This document shows positions 9,681 through 20,017 of a DNA stretch of 64,000 nucleotides, piece after piece. The stretch comes from Verrucomicrobiota bacterium (GTDB lineage Bacteria > Verrucomicrobiota > Verrucomicrobiia > Limisphaerales > AAA164-E04). How positions within the stretch are numbered: the stretch's first letter is position 1; the number at the start of each line of letters is the position of its first letter. The notes beneath the pieces are model-generated. The model was not told where the DNA came from. It searched no databases and saw nothing but the letters and a program-made list of their open reading frames with translations. The DNA lies in contig CP170459.1 in NCBI GenBank assembly GCA_047947115.1, positions 5,312,001 through 5,376,000 on the forward strand, given 5' to 3'. The translations under genes were made by a program, and so were the position numbers.

Positions 9681-12600
9681 TCAAAAATAAGGCGGCAGAC
9701 CGATTTGCCCCATCTTGTCGAGTTCCTCATTCAGTATGCGGACAGGATCAGACACCGAGGACGATGAAAGAATGACTTTACCCGAACGATCCAACAAAAC
9801 AGCCGCTGGCTGCGAATCCACACCCAGTTGACGCATCAAGTCATCGGCCGCTGGGCCATCCATGAATCCGTGTTTCCATTCCAACGGATGGTCTTGGACG
9901 AAGTTTTTCAAACCCATGGCGTCTTGCCCTATTCCAAGAGTAATGATCTCAAACCGGTGACGTTTCTCTGAGACGCCATTAACCACAACACTTGCAGTGA
10001 ACTCTGATTTCCGACGGTGGATTTTGTCCAACTCAAGTTGCCAGTCTCTATTCTCGTCATCACCCACTCCCCAAAAATGAAGCAACAAATACCGTCCACG
10101 AAAATGCCCAGGACCAAAATCGACACCATTAGAATCAAAGGCAGAGAATTTTAGTTCTGGCCCGTCTCCTTCCCGAAGAGGCCCAGGTCCAATACGTTTA
10201 AAATCCACCACTCCAAGATCCAACGCAGGCATGGAAGCATGCTCAGTTTCCGGGCCGGGTACGGTGATTTTACAAAGGTATTCATCCCACTGTGCTTTGA
10301 ATTGCACAGGTGAAAATCGAACAGCCAAGAGAATATAGTATTCGCCAGGAGGCACGTCTTGAATCTGAAAGTTGTTTTCCCCAGACCAATGCAATCTCAA
10401 TCCCTGAGCACCCATGGGTAAGCTACCATAATAACCATGACGACCGTAATAAACGAAAGTTTTCAAGTCTTCTATTGCAGGAGAAGCATCCTCGTCTCCA
10501 GGAAACAACATCCCAACCATTTCACCCTTCTTGCTATCAAACGCTGGAGCATCAACGGGCAATTTGACACTTCCAAACACATTCCGAGCTTTCCGTAAAT
10601 CAAACTCAAGCAACTCCAAAGCTCCAGGTGCAACTTCAGCCATCTGCGTGACATCTTCTACACCATCATTTCCTCCTAAAACAAAGATTGTGAATTTGCC
10701 TGGAATGACGCGATTGAATTCAAATCGTCCCTCTGAATCTGTTGTTGTGATAGTGGGCGTATTGTCATACAGCCACCAATCGGAAAGACCGGAGCGCCTT
10801 ACCCATTTTGAGAAATTAGCATGAATATTGACTGACAAACCAACCATAGGTGTACCTGCCAATCGAGCGATCCCACTTAATCGCCCCCAAGGTTGAAGCA
10901 CAATTTCAAATTCAGGCTGATTTTCAAGAAGCCCAATATAAACCCCATCGGAACATGCAACCACTATTTGCTTTGAAAAAATATCAGCGTTGGATGGAGT
11001 CATTTCGAAACGTCCATCCAAATCCGTTATTCCAACATAATGCGCCCTCTTGCGATGAGGGCCTGATTTACCAATGGATTGGCGCATGAGTTTGCCATCC
11101 AAAAAATTAACTTTCACATCCGGCACTGGTTTCCCCTGCAAAGTGACCACTCTTACATGAATGGTCCCACGAGATATCATCCGAAACTCATACTCCAACA
11201 CACCTTCATTGCGTCGGGTTCCACGTAGTGGTTCAGAATGGGATGAAAAATATCCATCTGATTCAATATTCAAGCTAATAGAACCGGCTGGTTGAGATTT
11301 ACTGTCATCAAGTTCCCAGGCACTTTTTGGAATTTCTAGTTGTCCGTCCTTTCCCTCAAGCGTAAACAATGGACGCAACTGGACAATTTCCCAACCATAG
11401 ACCTTGAAAACCGGAACAGGTTCATCAGTCTGATCATCCACCACTTTCAATCGAATCACTTCAACAGGATGAGGTGGCCCGTCCGGATGTGTGGTCAACG
11501 CTTCACGATCCAAACCACCGGATCCCGAAGAATTTTGCTGATAAACAGTAACATACTGGGCAACGACTGGGACACGCACAGCAATGACGGGTTTGGATGA
11601 AGGGTCCTTTTCATCCGTATCACTCAATACCAAGCCACCCACTAAGAGAAAGCACGAAATCCCCAGTATGATCGATCCCTTACCAGACCGATAAGAGGCG
11701 ATGGCTCGCATGCGTTGTGTCAATTGCGCCTTCGATTCCGCCATGCCCAGGGTTCCGCTGAGCACGCCCCGGCCATGAGAACTCGAAAGCAGCTGGATCA
11801 AGGTTTCCCCATAGGATTCCCGTTGCTCCTTGTCAATGTATCTCAACGCCACCGCATCGGCTGCCAACTCACGATCAATTTTCATACGCCACGCAGCCAG
11901 CCACATCAAGGGATTGAACCAATGAAGGCACAGGAGAAAATTCATGACGGCGCTCGTTTCCAAATCATAACGCCGTATATGGGCCAATTCGTGCAGGAAA
12001 ATATGCCGCTTCGAGTCACAATCAAACCTGGTGGAAAAACCTGCAGGCAGAAGCAGCGTCTTGCGAAGCCACCCGGCCACCGCAGGCCCATGAATCCATG
12101 AACATTCGACAAGTCTGATATGTTCTCCCAAATTCAAATCCCTTCGAGCATGCTTAAAAATATCGAGGACGTGTCGATCTTCAATTTCAGGACAAGATCG
12201 AATTCTGAATCGGAACCGCAATTCCGATGTCAACCAGACCAGGAACAATATGACACTCCCACTACCCCACACCCAGGCTATCAGAGATCCCAGACTCCAA
12301 TGCCGCATCTCCGAAGACCGTGTTTGGTTCTCAGATGACTTCGCTACAATGATAGGTGTTGTCGATGGAACCGTCGCCTCTTGCTCTGGAACAGAGACTC
12401 CAGGGTCAATCGCCACGTCTGCAAGGGATGGCTCATCAAAACGGGCGAGATCTGGTCTGAGCCTCTCAATTCCAGATCGAAAGTGTAGCCTTTTTGTTAA
12501 AACTCGTGTTTCTTGCCCCAGGATGAACTCATACACCCGCTCACTCGCTTGAAAGATGCTAAAGGAACTGGAAAACCGCACGGGAAACAACAAGCACATG

Positions 12601-12758
12601 AACAGCAACAACCAGAATGCGTGCCGCCAGCCAGCAGTTAACCGATGCCACAGAATTTTCTGTAAACACAGGATCATCAAAATCACAACCCCGCCCTGTA
12701 GCGACATCATCAAGACCGCATCAAACCAGGAGGACAACTCGCTGTTTAACGCATTCAT
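9681..12758 (-). CDS. BlaR1/MecR1-like M56 metallopeptidase sensor with carboxypeptidase-regulatory-like domains and a C-terminal TlpA-like domain
   Basis: N-terminal TM helices, LHELAHIRR (HExxH), HWFNPL and DRELAAD. The C-terminus has a redoxin-like FRGRYLLLHFW segment. Confidence 0.88.
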   Translation of the reverse strand: MNALNSELSSWFDAVLMMSLQGGVVILMILCLQKILWHRLTAGWRHAFWLLLFMCLLFPVRFSSSFSIFQASERVYEFILGQETRVLTKRLHFRSGIERLRPDLARFDEPSLADVAIDPGVSVPEQEATVPSTTPIIVAKSSENQTRSSEMRHWSLGSLIAWVWGSGSVILFLVWLTSELRFRFRIRSCPEIEDRHVLDIFKHARRDLNLGEHIRLVECSWIHGPAVAGWLRKTLLLPAGFSTRFDCDSKRHIFLHELAHIRRYDLETSAVMNFLLCLHWFNPLMWLAAWRMKIDRELAADAVALRYIDKEQRESYGETLIQLLSSSHGRGVLSGTLGMAESKAQLTQRMRAIASYRSGKGSIILGISCFLLVGGLVLSDTDEKDPSSKPVIAVRVPVVAQYVTVYQQNSSGSGGLDREALTTHPDGPPHPVEVIRLKVVDDQTDEPVPVFKVYGWEIVQLRPLFTLEGKDGQLEIPKSAWELDDSKSQPAGSISLNIESDGYFSSHSEPLRGTRRNEGVLEYEFRMISRGTIHVRVVTLQGKPVPDVKVNFLDGKLMRQSIGKSGPHRKRAHYVGITDLDGRFEMTPSNADIFSKQIVVACSDGVYIGLLENQPEFEIVLQPWGRLSGIARLAGTPMVGLSVNIHANFSKWVRRSGLSDWWLYDNTPTITTTDSEGRFEFNRVIPGKFTIFVLGGNDGVEDVTQMAEVAPGALELLEFDLRKARNVFGSVKLPVDAPAFDSKKGEMVGMLFPGDEDASPAIEDLKTFVYYGRHGYYGSLPMGAQGLRLHWSGENNFQIQDVPPGEYYILLAVRFSPVQFKAQWDEYLCKITVPGPETEHASMPALDLGVVDFKRIGPGPLREGDGPELKFSAFDSNGVDFGPGHFRGRYLLLHFWGVGDDENRDWQLELDKIHRRKSEFTASVVVNGVSEKRHRFEIITLGIGQDAMGLKNFVQDHPLEWKHGFMDGPAADDLMRQLGVDSQPAAVLLDRSGKVILSSSSVSDPVRILNEELDKMGQIGLPPYF

Positions 12759-13135
12759 TGTTTTCCCTCCTTGGCACGCAGGACACGTCGCAGTTCCTGA
12801 ATATCCTTTTTGGACAGATCCGCCCGTTCCACCATGTGAAGCAGGCTGGCAAACGGAGCCTTGTCGAGCACACGATCTGCAAAAGACTCACTCTCCTGAC
12901 GGACACATTCCTCCGCAGTCAACAAAGGATGATACAAATATCGCTTCCCCTGCTTCGACCACTCCAAGGCTCCTTTATCGCACAATCGGCGCAATAACGT
13001 TCTTACCGTGGCTAGCGTCCAATCCCTGCGATGCCCGATGGCTTCCAGAATACGCTTTGCAGTGACCGGCGCCTCGCGCCAAACCACCCCCATCACCCCC
13101 CATTCTGCTTCCGAGATTTTGACTTCACGTTTCAT
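12755..13135 (-). CDS. BlaI/MecI/CopY family transcriptional repressor
   Basis: ISEAEWGVMGVVW, TVRTLLRRLCDKG and RYLYHP motifs. The stop overlaps the M56 start. Alternative start at 13162. Confidence 0.92.
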   Translation of the reverse strand: MKREVKISEAEWGVMGVVWREAPVTAKRILEAIGHRRDWTLATVRTLLRRLCDKGALEWSKQGKRYLYHPLLTAEECVRQESESFADRVLDKAPFASLLHMVERADLSKKDIQELRRVLRAKEGKQ

Positions 13136-13139
13136 GATA

Positions 13140-13179
13140 TGTGACAGATGTAACTCTTTCATATGTTACATCTGTCACA
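13140..13179. promoter_or_regulatory. BlaI/CopY-type operator: inverted pair of ACAnnTGT boxes
   Basis: TGTGACAGATGTAAC ... GTTACATCTGTCACA, a perfect 15-bp IR directly upstream of the repressor. A minus-strand TTGACA lies at 13184-13189. Confidence 0.8.
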
Positions 13180-13273
13180 CATATGTCAACCATTATCTTG
13201 TAGCAATATAAACTTCATTGACTTATTCAAATGATGGAACTTTGCTGTTTATTCAAAGGAATCAAAACTAACA

Positions 13274-14611
13274 ATGAGAACCAAATGGATCATCCGTCTT
13301 ATCTGCTCGCTAGTTTGCATGTTTGCCGTGATGGGTTGGTTTACCTCTAATAACCTTATGCCAAAGGCCGGCATTACAGAGGGATCTCACCTAGCAGAAG
13401 GCGCCATACAGCCTCAAGTGATCATTCTGGGTGATGATGCGCTCATGCTTGCTCCGGACGGAGCTCTTTATCGATGGGGCGGAAAGTCCACAAATAGGAA
13501 AACACCAGTAATGATCAAACCAGATCTTAGGTTTCGAAAGATCACAGCAGACCAAAACTCCATCCTGGCCATTCATGAAGATGGAACTATATGGGGATGG
13601 GGAAAGAATCACACCCTGGTCGCGGCTGATCCGAACTTTGCCCCACAAGAAGCCCGACGTCTGTTCCCGGATGTGGGTTTTGTCGACATCAGCATGGGGA
13701 ACCGGCACGCCTTGGCCCTTAAGGACGATGGCAGCATTTGGTCCTGGGGAAATAATCATGATGGGCAACTGGGCACAGGCCGCATCAATGAATCAGATCA
13801 CTCCTCACGATTGACATCTTTACCTCTCACTCAAATTGGTCTTGAAACAGACTGGGCAGACGTTCAGGCTTCGTCCACCGTTTCCTATGGACTTAAACTT
13901 GATGGAACCCTTATGCGTTGGGGCAAATTGTCTGTGTTTAAAGGTCTCAGTTCCTCCAAAAATTCCTGGACGAACATCGAATCACTGATTGAACAAGCAA
14001 CGGAATATTCCGAACCGCATCGATTCACCGACATAAAAGGGCGGAAACAAATCATCCCGCTCCAATACGTCACATTGCTCCTGCATGAAGATGGTTCCTT
14101 ATGGATCGACAGGCCTCCTCCTCCCCCGCAATACTGGTTACCCTAAACCCAGGTGGAACCCAGCGGTCTTGGTGTAGTGGAAAACGCTATGAATGTTACT
14201 CAACTGGTCGCGTCGGAGCGCTTCATTCTCGCACAAACAAAAGATGGTTCTTGGTGGGGTTTGGGCCACAATCTTTTGAATCAAATGGGGCTCAAACATC
14301 CGACAACTTTGGAATCCTCGCGATCCGCACCTCACACGGAATGGATCGCATTGCCCAATGCATTTGATCCGTGGGCGATTGCTTTGGACATTCAAGCAAC
14401 CTTGGTTCTGACACGCGACGGACGGTTGTGGAGTTCAGGCCGCATCGTAGGGGAAAGGATAACAGATCCCTTTTGGAACAAGGTAAGAACATGGATGAAC
14501 AGAAATGTTTCATACTTTTCACTACCTTCCCGTAAGCCACATCACCATTCCGGTTTCCACCACGTATGGACCTGGCAACCAGAAAAATCGAGCAACGCCA
14601 ATTCGCATTGA
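13274..14611 (+). pseudogene. RCC1/BLIP-II repeat protein interrupted by an in-frame TAA
   Basis: RCC1 repeats (HALALKDDGSIWSWGNNHDGQLG). After the TAA at 14144-14146 the same frame continues (ORF 14153..14611) with further repeats (LAQTKDGSWWGLGHN, VLTRDGRLWSSG). Confidence 0.75.
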
Positions 14612-14643
14612 TTCAACACCTGAGCCAACAAACCGGAAAGAGA

Positions 14644-15783
14644 TCAAGGCAGTTGCTTGACCTCACAAAAGTGCGCAAACGGTAACACGCGCGTCCCCGT
14701 GCGTTCAATTCCCTGATCCTTTGCGCCTAAATGAACCTGGTAGAACTCAGGGATCTCTGTACGTTCACGGAAATAACGACATGCTGTAGATTCGTTGCGT
14801 TCTCCACATTTGCATTCTACAGCGAATAGAGGTTTCCCGTCCTGCAGCACAACAAAATCTACCTCTCTTCCATCCGTGTCACGGACATATCGTAGCTCCA
14901 TGTCATATCCCTCGCTATCCTCCACCCAGTGACAGTATTTCAACAAGTGACAGGCCACCATGTTTTCAAAACGCACTCCAGGTTCAGCGCAGCGGGACCA
15001 ATCACGAAAATAAAGTTTTTGTTCCTTCTTCACCGCACGAATACGCGCCCCTCCCATGGGCGGGATTCTAAAGGTGACATAAAGATTGTCCAAAATCGTC
15101 AACCATCGTTCCACGCTTTCATGGGAAACTTGGAGGAGTTTTCGGAGAGCATTGACGGATAGCGGTGAGCCAACACACGCTGGAAGATGATGCAACAGCA
15201 AATCAAGTTTGCTGTGTTCTCGAACATTCTCAAGGTCTCGCACATCTTCATGTGTCAACCGGGCCGTCATTTCCCGCAACCATCTGCGGTGAAACCGTTC
15301 CGTTCCTTGCGTGAATGGTTCCGGAAATCCTCCAAACTGAAGCAATTGCTCAACGCTGGATGAAGAGGCGACTGGATCTACTTCCATTAATGTGAGCGGA
15401 TGAAGACGATAGTAGTGGTACCTCCCCTGCAAGGAGTCCCCGCCCTTTCGATAATAATCCAGTCGGGCAGATCCTGTCACCAACAAGGAGACAGTAGATT
15501 TGTTTTTATCCCAGAAACCTTTGATCAGATTTCGCCAATCGGAGAATTTGTGAATTTCATCCAAAATCAATAAAGATTGCTCACTTGGAAATGCACCACT
15601 GAGGATCGATTCCCGATCAGCGAAATCATCCCAGTTCAAGTAAGCCGGGGATTTCTCTTTGAGTTGATCCGACAACAAGGACAGACCAAAAGTGGTTTTC
15701 CCAACTTGACGAGGTCCGCCCACGAAAACCATGCGCTGCTCAAGGTCCTCTCGAACATTTTCCGTTAAATACCGATTCAGCAT
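14644..15783 (-). CDS. AAA_14 ATPase with DUF4143 / PD-(D/E)xK-like C-terminal domain
   Basis: Walker A GPRQVGKTT, ILDEIHK, TGSARL, GDSLQGR, GGFPEP and EVDFVV...AVECK. Confidence 0.9.
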   Translation of the reverse strand: MLNRYLTENVREDLEQRMVFVGGPRQVGKTTFGLSLLSDQLKEKSPAYLNWDDFADRESILSGAFPSEQSLLILDEIHKFSDWRNLIKGFWDKNKSTVSLLVTGSARLDYYRKGGDSLQGRYHYYRLHPLTLMEVDPVASSSSVEQLLQFGGFPEPFTQGTERFHRRWLREMTARLTHEDVRDLENVREHSKLDLLLHHLPACVGSPLSVNALRKLLQVSHESVERWLTILDNLYVTFRIPPMGGARIRAVKKEQKLYFRDWSRCAEPGVRFENMVACHLLKYCHWVEDSEGYDMELRYVRDTDGREVDFVVLQDGKPLFAVECKCGERNESTACRYFRERTEIPEFYQVHLGAKDQGIERTGTRVLPFAHFCEVKQLP

Positions 15784-15797
15784 CACATTACCCAAAC

Positions 15798-15865
15798 CAT
15801 TAGTAATTTCTGGTTAACCCGAAATTACTAATGAGTATTTTAATGTCAACCCGAAAATACTAACG
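15798..15865. promoter_or_regulatory. 36-bp palindrome plus a third half-site, overlapping the AAA gene promoter
   Basis: CATTAGTAATTTCTGGTT-AACCCGAAATTACTAATG (15798-15833, one mismatch), repeat AACCCGAAAATACTAACG (15848-15865), and a minus-strand TTGACA at 15844-15849. Confidence 0.7.
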
Positions 15866-16003
15866 ACCTTAAATTCCGTTCTTACCAACTACCAAGTTTA
15901 GCCCAGTATGCTTCCCTGGTGTATCAAGTTCCACAACATCTGGACATTTCGAATGCGATAGACCAGATTCAAAGAACCCAATGTCAACCATCGTGCACCA
16001 TTC

Positions 16004-17530
16004 ATGAACCAGCTATCGTATACATTGATCATTGCCGCCATTTTTCTTGCGGTATTGGACGGAACAATCACCTGTGCTTCCGAATGGGACCAATTCCGCG
16101 GCCCCAATGGTTCGGGCCTTCTGGTGAGCAGTCAACCACCTACTGACTTGTCTCCATCCAGCCGAGTATGGAAGACGTCCATACCAACAGGGCATTCATC
16201 TCCCATCCTCGCTGGGAATCAGATCATTTTGACGGGTGAAAATGGAACAAACCTGGAAACTATCGCATTAGACAAACTATCCGGAGAAATCCTCTGGCGA
16301 AAGAACGCACCGACAGGACCCAAAGAATCCGTGCACGAAGCAAATGGAAGGGCTTCCTCCACCCCGTGCACCGATGGAAAACTCATTTATTCCTATTTCG
16401 GTTCTTATGGATTACTATGCTACGATCTGGATGGAAACCAAATCTGGGAGAAACCGATACCCACTCCCAAAAGCATGTACGGCATGTCCACCTCCCCCAT
16501 CCTGCATGGTGAATCTGTGATCCTGGTGCTGGATGACGACCGGAACCTACCGGATAGCAAATTAAGTCGCTCAAAAGTCTTGGCTTTCGACAAAACAAAT
16601 GGAGAACTTCTGTGGGAAACGCCTCGACCTTACAATCGAAGCAGTTGGTCCACGCCCATGATCTGGACTCATCAGGAAGGATCGGATCTTGTGGTTTTGG
16701 GGAATGGTCGTGTTTACGGATACGCACCGGAAACAGGTGATGAACGCTGGTATGTCAACGGATTCGCGCTGGAAACCATTGCGATTCCAATCGCAGGCAA
16801 CAACAGACTGTATGCTTCAGCATCCATGCGCGGAGGTCGCGGTGATTTGCAACTGGATCCCGAACCGTTCTGGCAAGCCATTCTCACATTCGATCAAAAC
16901 AAGGATCAGCAAATCTCCAAATCCGAAATCTCGACTTACTTCACCATCCCCCTGCGCCCCGAATTACCTGTCGAACATCCGGGGTTCGGCATCCCTCTAC
17001 CGAAGGCCCCAAAAGCGAGGAAGGAACGGCAGGAGCAATTCTTCGACTGGCGCGACCAAAACAAGGATGGTCTTTGGACCAGGGATGAATACTTCGCCGA
17101 CATGCAGATTGGCAGCGGCAGACCACTCATGGCAGCCATCTCACCTGGGGGGCATGGTGATGTGACCGCATCCAAAGTGGATTGGGAATTACGTAGGGGC
17201 ATTCCTGAAATCCCCTCCCCCATTTACTTTGCTCAACGCATTTATCTCCTCCGTGCCGGCGGATTGTTGAGCTGTGTGGATGCAAACACCGGCAAAACCA
17301 TCTACCGCGAACGCCTTCAAGCACCGGGACAATATGCCGCCTCACCCGTGATTGCCAACGGACATCTCTACTGCGCGTCTCAAGAAGGCGTCATCAGTAT
17401 TGTTCCAATCGGTGACACCTTCCGTATCACCAGCCAGGCCGATCTCAAAACCGGCATCACCGCCACACCCGCCCTCGACCAGGACACCCTTTACATTCGC
17501 ACCGAAGACGCATTGCTCGCTTATCGTTGA
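16004..17530 (+). CDS. Secreted PQQ-like (BamB-type) beta-propeller protein with an EF-hand pair insert
   Basis: WDQFRGPNGSG N-terminus and SSP/STP repeats. Inserted DQNKDQQISKSE and DQNKDGLWTRDE motifs. Confidence 0.85.
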   Translation: MNQLSYTLIIAAIFLAVLDGTITCASEWDQFRGPNGSGLLVSSQPPTDLSPSSRVWKTSIPTGHSSPILAGNQIILTGENGTNLETIALDKLSGEILWRKNAPTGPKESVHEANGRASSTPCTDGKLIYSYFGSYGLLCYDLDGNQIWEKPIPTPKSMYGMSTSPILHGESVILVLDDDRNLPDSKLSRSKVLAFDKTNGELLWETPRPYNRSSWSTPMIWTHQEGSDLVVLGNGRVYGYAPETGDERWYVNGFALETIAIPIAGNNRLYASASMRGGRGDLQLDPEPFWQAILTFDQNKDQQISKSEISTYFTIPLRPELPVEHPGFGIPLPKAPKARKERQEQFFDWRDQNKDGLWTRDEYFADMQIGSGRPLMAAISPGGHGDVTASKVDWELRRGIPEIPSPIYFAQRIYLLRAGGLLSCVDANTGKTIYRERLQAPGQYAASPVIANGHLYCASQEGVISIVPIGDTFRITSQADLKTGITATPALDQDTLYIRTEDALLAYR

Positions 17531-17587
17531 CAAACAACATTACCTCCCCGAAACACAGCAAGTCACCTGATTACCCAAGCGCCAATT

Positions 17588-17790
17588 TGGAGTGCGGTGA
17601 GCATCACCGCTCTGGATACGCCAGGGAAGCGCGACGGTATTCTCTTCCCCACACCATCGCCTTACCGAAAGGCTCAAGGACAAGGGTGAGCCCGGGCAAA
17701 ACGCTGGGGTGAGGGAACCGATCGTGGGCAAAGCACAGTATTCCTAATTACGAACCAGATCCAGAGCGGTGTCGTGACCACCGCAGTCCA
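17588..17790. repeat. REP-like inverted pair (TGGAGTGCGG...CCGCTCTGGAT / ATCCAGAGCGG...CCGCAGTCCA)
   Basis: Two ~30-bp hairpin units in inverted orientation at 17588-17617 and 17759-17790. Confidence 0.65.
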
Positions 17791-17896
17791 GAAGACTCAA
17801 TTGCGGTCCGTGACATATGCAATGAACCTCGCACCTATAGCAAATCCACTTGAACAAGCTTGGCAATCAAGGCAGGGTCAGAGGCATCAAACAATC

Positions 17897-18967
17897 ATGA
17901 AAAAGGAAGCTCTCAAATTTCTGGAAACACTCGTCAACACACCCAGTCCCTTTGGCCACGAAGTGCGGGGGCAGCGCGTGTGGTTGGACTACGTCAAACC
18001 TTACGCCGATGAAACCTGGAATGACGCGTACGGGAACACCGTCGCCGTGCTCAACAAAGGCGGTTCCCCCCGCATCATGCTGGCGGCGCACGCCGATGAA
18101 ATTGCGTTGTCGGTTAATTACATCGACGACAATGGCTTCATTTATGTGCGGCGTCTGGGCGGCGTGGACGCCACCGTATCCAAAGCACAGCGCGTGGTCA
18201 TTCATAATGCGGCAGGTCCGGTCAACGGCGTGATTGGCAACGTCCCCCCTCATCTGTCGAAGATGGACACCAGCGACAAGAAACCACAGATTCATGAATT
18301 GTTCGTGGACATTGGGGTTTCTTCCAAGGAAGAAGCCTTGAAACTGATCAAGATCGGAGACCCCATCACGGTGAACCGTAACTTCGAAATGTTGCGAAAT
18401 GATCTTGCCGTGGCACGCGCCTTTGACAACCGCGTGGGCACCTTCGCCATCGCCGAAGCGCTGCGACTGCTTCACAAGGACCGGAAAAAACTAAAGGCGG
18501 AAGTGTGTGTCGTATCAAACATCATGGAAGAAGGCGGATGCCTGGGAGCACGCCAGATCGCCTACTCCCTGAATCCTGATGTTGCCTTGGTCACCGACGT
18601 CACCCACGCCACGGATTACCCAACTGTCAACAAAGCCATGCACGGGGATGTCCAGATGGGCAAAGGTCCCTCCCTGACACATGGCGGGCCCAATCATCCG
18701 GTCGTCGTCGAACGCCTGGAGCAAGTTGCCAAAAAGCAAAAGATCGACATCCAACACGAAGCGGTCTCCAGCACAAGTGGCACGGATACCGATGTCATTT
18801 TCTGGACGCGCGGCGGAATTCCGAGCGCATTGATCAGCATCCCCAATCGTTACATGCATTCACCCGTCGAAATGATCAACCTGAAGGATCTCGAAAAGAT
18901 CCCGCAAATCATGGCTGGATTTGTCCTATCAGCCAAAAAGGGTGAAAAGTTTGAAGTGAAGATTTAG
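17897..18967 (+). CDS. M42 family aminopeptidase
   Basis: LAAHADEI, AFDNRVG, MEEGG, DVTHA and RYMHSP metal-ligand motifs. Start trimmed to MKKEAL. Confidence 0.92.
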   Translation: MKKEALKFLETLVNTPSPFGHEVRGQRVWLDYVKPYADETWNDAYGNTVAVLNKGGSPRIMLAAHADEIALSVNYIDDNGFIYVRRLGGVDATVSKAQRVVIHNAAGPVNGVIGNVPPHLSKMDTSDKKPQIHELFVDIGVSSKEEALKLIKIGDPITVNRNFEMLRNDLAVARAFDNRVGTFAIAEALRLLHKDRKKLKAEVCVVSNIMEEGGCLGARQIAYSLNPDVALVTDVTHATDYPTVNKAMHGDVQMGKGPSLTHGGPNHPVVVERLEQVAKKQKIDIQHEAVSSTSGTDTDVIFWTRGGIPSALISIPNRYMHSPVEMINLKDLEKIPQIMAGFVLSAKKGEKFEVKI

Positions 18968-19033
18968 TCCACCATTTTCAAACCACGCAAACACCATCCT
19001 GAATCTTCGGATAATATTCTCCGAAACGATCAC

Positions 19034-20002
19034 ATGCATTCCAAAGTGTTCATTTGCGCATCACTGCTGATCTCCCTGATGACATTGTCGGGAGGAGAAC
19101 CGCCTTTCCATGGCACCATCTTTCTGGATCCCGACATCATCACTCAGGAGGATCCAAGCACATTTGAAGAACTCAAAGATGCAGGCAGAGGAATGCGCCG
19201 GATGTTTGACCGCCGTGTGAACGGGTGGATTCAGGAAAACGCTTTTCTTTTCGAAGCCAACTTCAACGATGGGCTCAGCATCGAAGTCCAGGTCAATCCT
19301 GAACACGAAAATGTCGATCTGGCGCGTCAAGAAGCGGAACGGTATGCCCCTGTCATCGGGCAACTCCCAACCGCTTTACGTAAAGATGTTCAAACCGCAT
19401 GGATACATAAAGGCGTGCAACCATTCGGAGGCGGGAACAACAATCTGCTCATTCACACTGGACAAGCCGCCCGATATGAAAAAGACGGTATTCTTGAGGA
19501 AACCCTCGTGCATGAAGCCTCCCACACTTCGCTGGACGCGACACATGCCCGTTCCGCTGAATGGCTGGAAGCTCAAACGAAGGACACCTCATTCATCTCC
19601 ACCTACGCAAGAGACAATCCAAACCGGGAAGATATCGCGGAGAGTTTTCTCTTATTCCTGGCCTTGGAACATCGCCGGGATCGGATTTCCAATGAGCTGG
19701 CAACCACCATTGAAAACACCATACCGCACCGACTCGCCTACTTTCGTTCAATAGACTTCGATTTACATCCAGTAACACCCAGGAAACCCGTTGCATTGCT
19801 GAACCATCAGTTTGACCGGGCCAGGCAATTGTGGCATCTGGAGTGGATTCCCACTCAAGGAAGGCAGTATGAAGTGTCCATTTCTCATGATTTGAAATCA
19901 TGGACGTCGCTGGTTACGATCCCTTCGTCCCAGGAAGACAACGGAACCTGGCAGCAAACCAAGCCACTCGGCCACAAGGCCTATTTCCTGCAGGTGAGAT
20001 AA
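19034..20002 (+). CDS. Secreted zincin-like metalloprotein with a C-terminal beta-rich domain
   Basis: Signal peptide, LVHEASH (HExxH) and STYARDNPNREDIAES. Confidence 0.7.
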   Translation: MHSKVFICASLLISLMTLSGGEPPFHGTIFLDPDIITQEDPSTFEELKDAGRGMRRMFDRRVNGWIQENAFLFEANFNDGLSIEVQVNPEHENVDLARQEAERYAPVIGQLPTALRKDVQTAWIHKGVQPFGGGNNNLLIHTGQAARYEKDGILEETLVHEASHTSLDATHARSAEWLEAQTKDTSFISTYARDNPNREDIAESFLLFLALEHRRDRISNELATTIENTIPHRLAYFRSIDFDLHPVTPRKPVALLNHQFDRARQLWHLEWIPTQGRQYEVSISHDLKSWTSLVTIPSSQEDNGTWQQTKPLGHKAYFLQVR

Positions 20003-20017
20003 AAGATCCGCACGATC

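Noticed and set aside
9681..13135. Beta-lactam resistance locus
   Set aside because: No beta-lactamase or PBP2a gene is present, and I recognised no penicillin-binding sensor domain.
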